In this document: one piece after another, positions 7,851 through 15,291 of the stretch
How positions within the stretch are numbered: the first letter of the stretch is position 1
How the letters are laid out: the number at the start of each line of letters is the position of its first letter
Source of the DNA: Candidatus Hermodarchaeota archaeon
GTDB taxonomy: Archaea > Asgardarchaeota > Heimdallarchaeia > Hodarchaeales > Hodarchaeaceae
Length of the DNA: 20,673 nt
Reading direction: 5' to 3'
Assembly (NCBI GenBank): GCA_048886185.1
Contig: JBHLKY010000022.1
Location: 1 to 20,673 of the forward strand
Made by a program: the position numbers and the translations under genes
The notes under the pieces: generated by a model
Database searches by the model: none
What the model saw: the letters and a program-made list of their open reading frames with translations, nothing else
Told to the model about the DNA's origin: nothing

Positions 7851-10034
7851 ATGAAAATCTATAGAAAAATATTTCTTGTTACAGTTCTAGCTGTAATAAG
7901 TCTTCTATTTCTCCCCCTTAGTGCAAGCGGTACATTTACCCCAGAAAAATCTATTGATCGAATTTCACAAATACCACGTGATGAAATCTTATGGAGCTCT
8001 GGATATTGGGCTGGGCCTACAAATTGGAACCCTTATTTCTGGGATGGCAAGGCATGGGGTGAATTTTTCATGTATATGCCCCTATTCGATATCAATTATG
8101 AAACAGGTGAACTCATGGGATTCATTGGCGAATCTTTCGAATGGACAAATGCAACAACAATAACCGTCACGATTCGGCCTCAAGCGGAATGGTCAGATGG
8201 TACACCAATCACATCCGATGATGTGATATTTACATACCAATTCCTCCTTTCAGGTTCCCATGCTGAGATTAATGCACGAGTTAGTTCATATGAGGCTGTC
8301 GATTCTAAAACAGTGAAATTTCACCTACTACCAGAATATCAATACAGTAAAGTAATCTTTGATCAACTTCTAGCTAACGATTACGGAGTTGTTGGTGCAA
8401 AACATGTCTGGATGGAGATTGCTGACTGGTTCGATGATGGAGAATTCAACAACAGCTTTACTGACCCCGTCGCACAACAAGGTGTAATCTGGAATCTCGG
8501 TGATTGGGCATTCAAGAATAATTGGCTTGATACAAGCTTCTTCCCCAATGGTTCAGCATTCCCAGACAGATGGAAAGTCAGCTCAGGCCCCTATCGACCA
8601 TATGAAGTCTCTGAAACCCTTGATAGACAGGTTTACATCCGAGACGATACCTGGTGGGGCAACGCAGTTTGGAACCAACCCAGACCAAAGTATATCGGCC
8701 AACTCCACTATCCAACAAACTTCAACGTTAACCAGGCTTTTGCAAATGATGAAATTGACTGGTACGGTGGATACTATCCCCGAATTTGGGAACTTCTTGA
8801 GGCAAATCCAAATATTCAGACTTGGACTCTTGGAGAAGAACCATACTTCCTCCCAATTAGTGGGATGGTCGAACTAGTACCGAACCACCTCCGATTCCCA
8901 TTCAACCAACAGTGGTTACGTAAAGCATTGGCTTACGCCATAAACGCCGAAGATATGTCAGAAGTCGCTGCGAGCGGTTATCTCCAGCGTGCTCGTCAGG
9001 GTTACATAGATGATCGATCAGCAACACAAAGACATGTCTATGATGCTAATGTACAGGCAACCTATGGCATAGATTTCAACATAGCAGAAGCATTAGCAAT
9101 TCTCGATGAACATTGCTTTAAATATGAAGGAGCATGGTACACCAACGAAGTTCCAGCTGATTCTGTCGGTATGTATGGTCATGGAAATGTTACTATTGCA
9201 GATGAAGTAACTGATGCTCAAGCGGCAGCAGCAGGAATCAATTCCACAACTGAACCAGGGTACGTAGATGGTTCAATTAATGTCAAACTCGGTGATTGGG
9301 ATCTTATGGTTGTTTATGGATGGTCTGATTCTATGCTTCAAACAACCCTCTTAACTGACTATTTCGCTAATTTTATCGGAATATCTGTTAATCCTGCATT
9401 CATTGAATATGGGACATATGTCAACAAATTCAATGCTATGGACTTTGACCTAATGAACTTCGTTATGGGTTTCGGGCCAAATGGACGCCCATGGAGCGAA
9501 CTAGGTAAGTTCATTGGCGCTGCAGGTCAATGGACCAATTATTCGGCTTGGTACAATCCAGAGTACGTTGCATTACACCAAGAATGGGAGACTATTGATC
9601 CCACAAACATAACTGGAGAAAAGGCTATCGCGAGTAGGATGCAAGAAATCCTTGCTGATGTAATACCAGCTATTCCTATATCTCCCAATGGATATTGGAT
9701 GGCTTATAATACTAAATATTGGCGTGGGTGGCCTAACAAAGATAACGCCTTTATTCATGTTTGCGCCTGTTGGATGACTAGTCAAATTGGTACTCAACTG
9801 ATGTACATTCTCAGTTTGATACCAGCTTCAGAATGGGTTCCCCCAGGAACAACACCAACTACTTCTGCTCCGCCAGGAACGACACCAACTGCAGAATCAA
9901 CACCTCCTACAGAATCAACACCTCCTACAGAAACAACTACGTCATCTGCACCTAGTGGTGCTTCCTTCGCTTTGAGTTCAGTATTAGCTGCAATAATAGC
10001 CACTGGAATAATCTTGAGACGCCGAAGAAAGTAG
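7851..10034 (+). CDS. Family-5 (OppA/DppA-type) ABC substrate-binding protein, probably for beta-glucosides/oligosaccharides, with C-terminal membrane anchor
   Basis: Signal peptide, then IRPQAEWSDGTPITSDDV (family 5 signature), SGPY, WWG...PRPKY, EIDW, EPYFLP, RKALAYAI, YGWSD and YNTKYWRGWP. These motifs match my recollection of Thermotoga maritima TM0031. The protein ends in a P/T-rich linker, a TM helix and RRRRK. Confidence 0.9.
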   Translation: MKIYRKIFLVTVLAVISLLFLPLSASGTFTPEKSIDRISQIPRDEILWSSGYWAGPTNWNPYFWDGKAWGEFFMYMPLFDINYETGELMGFIGESFEWTNATTITVTIRPQAEWSDGTPITSDDVIFTYQFLLSGSHAEINARVSSYEAVDSKTVKFHLLPEYQYSKVIFDQLLANDYGVVGAKHVWMEIADWFDDGEFNNSFTDPVAQQGVIWNLGDWAFKNNWLDTSFFPNGSAFPDRWKVSSGPYRPYEVSETLDRQVYIRDDTWWGNAVWNQPRPKYIGQLHYPTNFNVNQAFANDEIDWYGGYYPRIWELLEANPNIQTWTLGEEPYFLPISGMVELVPNHLRFPFNQQWLRKALAYAINAEDMSEVAASGYLQRARQGYIDDRSATQRHVYDANVQATYGIDFNIAEALAILDEHCFKYEGAWYTNEVPADSVGMYGHGNVTIADEVTDAQAAAAGINSTTEPGYVDGSINVKLGDWDLMVVYGWSDSMLQTTLLTDYFANFIGISVNPAFIEYGTYVNKFNAMDFDLMNFVMGFGPNGRPWSELGKFIGAAGQWTNYSAWYNPEYVALHQEWETIDPTNITGEKAIASRMQEILADVIPAIPISPNGYWMAYNTKYWRGWPNKDNAFIHVCACWMTSQIGTQLMYILSLIPASEWVPPGTTPTTSAPPGTTPTAESTPPTESTPPTETTTSSAPSGASFALSSVLAAIIATGIILRRRRK
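9843..9932 (+). repeat. Short tandem repeats encoding the P/T/S/E-rich linker of the binding protein
   Basis: CCAGGAAC(A/G)ACACCAACT at 9843-9860 and 9873-9890, then an 18-nt unit CAGAATCAACACCTCCTA repeated about 2.3 times at 9892-9932 (PPGTTPT x2, ESTPPT x2). Confidence 0.85.
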
Positions 10035-10080
10035 TTTTTTAAGTATTAATTGCTTTCTTTTCCCCTCTTTTTTTTTCTTC
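10035..10080 (+). terminator. Oligo-T (archaeal-type) terminator after the binding-protein gene
   Basis: TTTTTT directly after the stop and CTTTCTTTTCCCCTCTTTTTTTTTCTTC within 45 nt, with no hairpin. A 246-bp gap precedes the permease. Confidence 0.55.
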
Positions 10081-10280
10081 TATTGTACAGACTATAAATA
10101 TTCTGAACCACATATCCTATTACTAATCCCCGAGGTTTTACTATTTTATCCGTGAATTCTCTAAGTTATAACTAAAACTTAAAAACTTAAAAAAGGAAAA
10201 AACATTAAAGAAATCAAATCTATTACTTAATTTAAAAAGAACTTGAGTCTAGATTCAGTTTTAAAGAGGTTGCATGGGAA

Positions 10281-11366
10281 ATGGTATCGAAATCAGTTGA
10301 AAACGTGGGTAAAAAAGAAAGAAGTTTTGTCAACAGGATGAGGGGATTGATTTCACACTCTTATTCAAAATTTGTGATGAAAAAAGCATTATTCTACTTG
10401 ATAGTAATTATTATTGCACTGACTTTTGTATTTGCTATCCCACGTTTCATGCCGGGAGATCCAGTTGAAAGATTTATTCGTCCTCCTTCAGGGAATCCCA
10501 ACCCAGAGGCATTAGCACAATATCGTGAAATTAAGAGTCACATGCTAGAATTCTATGGACTCAACAAGTCCCTTTTTTTTCAATACATTGATTTCTGGAC
10601 TCACCTCCTTCAATTTGATTTAGGATCTTCTTATACAGTTTGGCCAACCCCTGTTATAGAACTAATCATCCCACGCCTCGCATACACCTTACTTCTCGTA
10701 ATTCCAGTCCTGTTTATCAGTTTCTTTATTGGTAATTGGATAGGGGGTAGATCAGCGTTTTTAAAGGGGAGACTTAATGATTTAGTGTACTTTCTAAGTG
10801 TTCTTGCAGCCAATGCACCGTTTTATTGGCTGGGTATCATTATCCTTGTCTATTTTGTAATTGGGGACAATATTTTTCTCTCACACCCTGGAGGAGTCAG
10901 TCCTCAAATAAGCCGAGGGTTCACTCTCGACTTTTTCATTGATACACTACGCCACTTCGCTCCACCCTTCATTACCTTGCTGATCGTTACTACAGGAGGT
11001 TGGGCTACTGGTATGCGTGCAATGACTCTCTACGAAAAAGAATCTGAATATCTACTATATTCAAAACAAATGGGATTCCGAACCCGAACATTACGTAAAT
11101 ACGCACAAAGAAACGCTATTTTACCTCAGTTTACTGGATTGAATTTAAGATTGAACGAACTCATCGGTCAGACAATCATTATAGAAAATATTTTCTTATG
11201 GCCTGGTATTGGCAGTTTAGCTGGTACTGCTGTAAGCCAACAAGATTATCCATTAATTCTTGGTACATTTCTTGTGACCCTCATTGTTGTTGTGTTTGGT
11301 AATTTTCTTGTTGATATTACTTATGGATTTATTGACCCCCGCGTTAAAACTGGACATGGAGGATGA
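10281..11366 (+). CDS. ABC transporter permease, OppB/DppB family
   Basis: IPRFMPGDP, YGLNKSLFFQY, DLGSSY, multiple TM helices, an EAA-like loop (EYLLYSKQMG), IENIFLWPGIG, QDYPLI and YGFIDPRV. The start may be 10281 or a later ATG such as 10338. Confidence 0.93.
   Translation: MVSKSVENVGKKERSFVNRMRGLISHSYSKFVMKKALFYLIVIIIALTFVFAIPRFMPGDPVERFIRPPSGNPNPEALAQYREIKSHMLEFYGLNKSLFFQYIDFWTHLLQFDLGSSYTVWPTPVIELIIPRLAYTLLLVIPVLFISFFIGNWIGGRSAFLKGRLNDLVYFLSVLAANAPFYWLGIIILVYFVIGDNIFLSHPGGVSPQISRGFTLDFFIDTLRHFAPPFITLLIVTTGGWATGMRAMTLYEKESEYLLYSKQMGFRTRTLRKYAQRNAILPQFTGLNLRLNELIGQTIIIENIFLWPGIGSLAGTAVSQQDYPLILGTFLVTLIVVVFGNFLVDITYGFIDPRVKTGHGG
11358..11363 (+). promoter_or_regulatory. Shine-Dalgarno site for the second permease
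   Basis: GGAGGA lies in the last codons of the first permease, 7 nt before ATG 11371, consistent with translational coupling. Confidence 0.7.
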
Positions 11367-11370
11367 TCTG

Positions 11371-12228
11371 ATGTTTAATTACTTACGGACTCATCAGGGA
11401 TTTACAGTTACTTTAATCATTTTCTTTGGTATTGTGATATTTGGCTTTATTGGCCCATTTTTTACTGTAAATCCCTATGAAGGACAATTCGACAAGTGGG
11501 GTACAAGAATGATATTTAAACCTCCTTCTCAGTATCTACTCTTAGGAACTGACGATTATGGAAGGGATGTCTTCGCTCAACTTGCCCATGCCACTCAAAA
11601 TTCCCTTATAGTCGGCATCACAACTGGTATTATAGTTATTATTATTGCTATTGCCATTGGAAGTATCGCAGCTTATAAAGGTGGATTTATAGACGAGCTC
11701 CTGATGTTGATAACAAATATTGTCATTGTTTTTCCTGTGTACCCAGTTTTGTTAATTTTAGCCGCATCTATTCCCACTGAAGACCGATCATTATTCTTAG
11801 TATCTATGATTCTCGCGGTTACAGCATGGCCTTGGGTGGCCAGAGCTATCCGATCACAAGTTTTAAGTTTGAGAGAAAGGGAATTTGTAAATTTAGCCCG
11901 AGTATCGGGGATGTCAGATATTAAAATAGCGGCAGTTGAAGTCCTTCCTAACATGTTTGCATATCTAGGATTACTATTGGCAATAGTAACAGGCGGGGCA
12001 ATTGTTGCAGAAGCGGGTATTAGCTTACTTGGATTAGGACCTGATCCACGGTTATATGTCACACTAGGGAGTATGTTATACTGGGTCGTGCAAAATGAAT
12101 CCATACGCTCTGAAATGTACTGGTTATATTACCCCCCTGGGATTATACTAACATCATTTCTTGTCATTCTGTATGTTTTACATAATAACCTTGATGAAAT
12201 TTTTAATCCACGATTGAAGAGGCAATAA
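11371..12228 (+). CDS. ABC transporter permease, OppC/DppC family
   Basis: LLGTDDYGRDVFAQL, IDELLM, WPWVARAIRSQVLSLREREFVNLARVSG (EAA loop), EAGISLLGLG and FNPRL. The start is placed at 11371 (MFNYL, with an SD) rather than 11284 from the track. Confidence 0.93.
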   Translation: MFNYLRTHQGFTVTLIIFFGIVIFGFIGPFFTVNPYEGQFDKWGTRMIFKPPSQYLLLGTDDYGRDVFAQLAHATQNSLIVGITTGIIVIIIAIAIGSIAAYKGGFIDELLMLITNIVIVFPVYPVLLILAASIPTEDRSLFLVSMILAVTAWPWVARAIRSQVLSLREREFVNLARVSGMSDIKIAAVEVLPNMFAYLGLLLAIVTGGAIVAEAGISLLGLGPDPRLYVTLGSMLYWVVQNESIRSEMYWLYYPPGIILTSFLVILYVLHNNLDEIFNPRLKRQ

Positions 12229-12232
12229 GACC

Positions 12233-13222
12233 ATGTCTGAAAGTCTTCTCAAGGTTGAGCACCTTAAAGGGTATTATAGGGGGATGTTTGGTGTTGTACA
12301 TGGTGTAGACAATGTTTCATTTAAAATGGAACGAGGAGAAATCGTAGGATTAGCTGGGGAATCAGGTTGTGGAAAAAGCACATTAGCAGAGTTGATTTCC
12401 GGCACTCCACGACCCCTCTTGTATTATGAATCGGGTAAAGTAATTATTGGCGAATATGAAGTATATCAAATAGACGCAGAGCTGCTAAGAACCGAAGTTA
12501 AGTGTAAGTTAATGTCTTATGTTCCCCAGGCATCCATGGAATCATTAAATCCTGTAAAGAGGATTATTGATTTCATAATGGACGTGGTACGAGAAAGAAC
12601 AAAGAAAAAGGGATCTAAAAAAGAAATCATTAAGCAGGCTTCAGAACACTTCTCCCGTGTTGGACTAGATGAGCAGGTTTTAAAGCGTTATCCTCATGAG
12701 CTTTCAGGTGGAATGAAACAACGGGCTGTTATTGCAATCTCTACCCTCTGGAACCCAAACTTATTGATCATCGATGAACCCACGTCAGCATTAGATGTGA
12801 CTTCACAAAAGCAAATGATCAAAATGCTTTCAGATTTAAAAAAGGAGGGAATAATTCAAAGCATCCTTTTTGTTTCTCATGACATTGCTTCCTTACGGCA
12901 ATTATGTGATCGCTGTATAATTATGTATTGTGGGGAAATTGTTGAAACTGGTAATATGAATGAGATAATTAATGAACCCCTTCATCCTTATACACAAGGA
13001 TTAATTTCATCTATTGTCTCCTTCAATCCAGATGGCACACGACCAGCTGAACTCAAGAGCATTCCTGGATCTCAGCCTGACTTACGACATCCTCCTCCTG
13101 GGTGCCGCTTCCATCCACGATGCTATTCTACTATGACGCATTGTAGAACGTATGATCCTCCTATAATCAACTTTCCTCAAAAAGAAGGACATTACGTAAA
13201 GTGTTGGCTATATAAAGAATAG
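12233..13222 (+). CDS. ABC transporter ATP-binding protein, OppD/DppD family
   Basis: Walker A GESGCGKS, signature LSGGMKQR, Walker B LIIDEPT, H-loop VSHD, HPYTQGL and C-terminal GCRFHPRC..C..C domain. Confidence 0.95.
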   Translation: MSESLLKVEHLKGYYRGMFGVVHGVDNVSFKMERGEIVGLAGESGCGKSTLAELISGTPRPLLYYESGKVIIGEYEVYQIDAELLRTEVKCKLMSYVPQASMESLNPVKRIIDFIMDVVRERTKKKGSKKEIIKQASEHFSRVGLDEQVLKRYPHELSGGMKQRAVIAISTLWNPNLLIIDEPTSALDVTSQKQMIKMLSDLKKEGIIQSILFVSHDIASLRQLCDRCIIMYCGEIVETGNMNEIINEPLHPYTQGLISSIVSFNPDGTRPAELKSIPGSQPDLRHPPPGCRFHPRCYSTMTHCRTYDPPIINFPQKEGHYVKCWLYKE

Positions 13223-13233
13223 ATGGTGCTTTT

Positions 13234-14034
13234 ATGACATATCAGGAACCAATTCTAAGGATTGAGAATTTAACAAAGATATTCACTTCAGGATTCATAA
13301 ATGTAGTAACCATTACTGCTGTAAACAATGTATCTTTTACTATTGATGAGGGAGAAATTGTTTCATTAGTAGGAGAGAGCGGATCAGGAAAATCAACAAC
13401 AGCAAATATAGTTTTGAAGCTACTTTCGCCTACTAGTGGTCAAGTATTTCTTCAGGGAAAAGATATTACTTCTTTCAAAAAAAGGACTGATTATTATAAA
13501 AAGGTTCAAGTTGTATTTCAAGATCCCTATTCTTCCTTTAATTTGGTGTATAGAATTGATCGCGTCCTCTATAACGCCTTTAACCTTCGAGAAGGGCACC
13601 ATTCAAAATCTGAAAAAAAAGAAATCATAATAGATACTTTGGCACAAATTGGATTAAATGCTGACGAAGTATTGGGACGTTACCCCCATCAACTTAGTGG
13701 AGGGCAACTCCAACGATTCTTACTTGCTAGGATCTTAATTATCAAACCCATCTTATTAATTGCTGATGAACCAACAAGTATGATTGATGCTTCCTCCCGA
13801 GCAGGAATCTTAAATCTACTTGAAGACCTTCGTGAATCTGAAAAGTTCTCTGTCTTATTTATTACACATGATATCGCTCAAGCCCAATATATTTCAAATA
13901 GAGTTTGTGTAATGAAGAATGGAGAAATCGTTGAAAAAGGATCATGTGAAGCAGTTTTTGGCAACCCTCAACATACTTATACTCAAGAATTACTCGCAAG
14001 CGTACCTGACCTCTATAGCAGATGGGATATGTAA
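13234..14034 (+). CDS. ABC transporter ATP-binding protein, OppF/DppF family
   Basis: Walker A GESGSGKS, Q-loop VFQDPYSS, LSGGQLQR, LIADEPTS, ITHD and PQHTYTQELL. It lacks the Cys-containing C-terminal extension. Confidence 0.95.
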   Translation: MTYQEPILRIENLTKIFTSGFINVVTITAVNNVSFTIDEGEIVSLVGESGSGKSTTANIVLKLLSPTSGQVFLQGKDITSFKKRTDYYKKVQVVFQDPYSSFNLVYRIDRVLYNAFNLREGHHSKSEKKEIIIDTLAQIGLNADEVLGRYPHQLSGGQLQRFLLARILIIKPILLIADEPTSMIDASSRAGILNLLEDLRESEKFSVLFITHDIAQAQYISNRVCVMKNGEIVEKGSCEAVFGNPQHTYTQELLASVPDLYSRWDM

Positions 14035-14079
14035 TTTCAGAATTGAACCAATAAGGAATTATGACTGAGGGCATTAAGC

Positions 14080-15225
14080 ATGAAGATAAGAAAAAAAGTT
14101 CACTTGGCGATGTTTCTATCTATATTTCTTATAATAGCAGTGCTTCACTTTCAATTTGTGACTGCGGATAAAAGGAATTTTAACATAAAAAGGATCGGAA
14201 AATTCGATGATGGAGGGAGATATCTAGGTATTCAACTTCGAGAACCTTTTGTTTATGCTGTCGATGGAGAGCAAGGCTTAGAAATTATTAATATAACCGA
14301 TAGAGAAAATAGCTTTCTCGTCGGGAAATTCAATCCATATGCTGGAATCCCTCAGGATGTGTTCATTAATGGCTCCTATGCCTTCTTAGCGAATAGCTTT
14401 GACGGGATAAGGATTATTAATATCACTGATCCAACCAAAGCAACCAATATCAGTCAATTTCTAGAAGTCGAGATTCAATACATCCCATTTTACCAAGAAA
14501 AGGCCAAGAGTGATTCTATCAATATCTATGTAAAAGGGACTATTGCCTATATTGCCGATGGAAAGTTTGGAATAAGGATTCTAAACCTCACAGACATTCT
14601 TAATCCAATAAAAATCGGAGAATATCCCCCTGCTGAGGCAAAAAACCCTGGTGTGACGAGTGCCATTGTAGTAAATGACTCATACGCTTATGTAGCGGAT
14701 GGGGATAACGGGATTGAAATTCTTGATATCAGTGATTTTAAAAATATTACACGAATTGGCCATTATGATGATGGAGGGAAAGCAAGGGATCTATCTCTAG
14801 TAGATTCATTTTTATACGTAGCCGATTCTGATGATGGATTCGAGATATTGGATGTTTCAGATCCAACTAATCCTGTTGAGATTGGTGGATTCTATGATGG
14901 TAGTGGCTTAGCTAATAGTGTATATATAGATGGGGATCGAGCTTTTATTGCTGATAATACTGATGGTCTTGAGGTGTTTGATATTTCTGATCCAACCTCC
15001 CCTGTTGAAATTGGACAGTTTTATGAGGAAACTGGTATCATAGGTTTGGCTCAAGAAGTCGTTGTTAATGGCTCCTATATTTACGTGGCTTTTGGGACAC
15101 AGGGGGTAGAAATATTAATTTTTGGTACCCCAGAATCAGTAATACCCATTTTACCACTTACTTTTCTCGCTGTTATAGCTCTAGGAATCATCATTTGGAT
15201 TATCCGTGGTGGAAAGGCCTATTAA
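14080..15225 (+). CDS. Surface LVIVD-repeat (about 7-bladed beta-propeller) protein, copy 1, with signal peptide and C-terminal TM
   Basis: Seven repeats of the form V.V.G.YAYVAD...GLEI.D(I/V)SDP..P..IG. It has an N-terminal basic+hydrophobic signal, a C-terminal hydrophobic helix, and lies 45 nt downstream of the ABC operon. Confidence 0.88.
   Translation: MKIRKKVHLAMFLSIFLIIAVLHFQFVTADKRNFNIKRIGKFDDGGRYLGIQLREPFVYAVDGEQGLEIINITDRENSFLVGKFNPYAGIPQDVFINGSYAFLANSFDGIRIINITDPTKATNISQFLEVEIQYIPFYQEKAKSDSINIYVKGTIAYIADGKFGIRILNLTDILNPIKIGEYPPAEAKNPGVTSAIVVNDSYAYVADGDNGIEILDISDFKNITRIGHYDDGGKARDLSLVDSFLYVADSDDGFEILDVSDPTNPVEIGGFYDGSGLANSVYIDGDRAFIADNTDGLEVFDISDPTSPVEIGQFYEETGIIGLAQEVVVNGSYIYVAFGTQGVEILIFGTPESVIPILPLTFLAVIALGIIIWIIRGGKAY
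14208..15120 (+). repeat. Long imperfect inverted repeat, copy A (paired with about 19780-20673 on the - strand)
   Basis: Identical tracts: 14241-14285 = revcomp 20595-20639 (45 nt), 14339-14393 = revcomp 20487-20541 (55 nt), 15001-15035 = revcomp 19857-19891 (35 nt). Confidence 0.9.
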
Positions 15226-15291
15226 AAACTCAATGTAATATACCTAATTCTTCTGTTCTAAGGTTTTTTGAAGTACAATTTGTTGGTATTT

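Noticed and set aside
11284-11370. Extended N-terminus of the OppC-type permease in the ORF track
   Set aside because: It overlaps the upstream permease by 83 nt. ATG 11371 has a GGAGGA SD and gives a normal-length protein.
7921-14074. Short ORFs overlapping the ABC genes (7921, 8500, 9573, 9794, 10631, 11673, 13420, 13436, 13862), including the GGVDSV-repeat ORF at 9794-10003
   Set aside because: They are nested in well-supported genes. The repeat ORF is just the antisense reading of the P/T linker.
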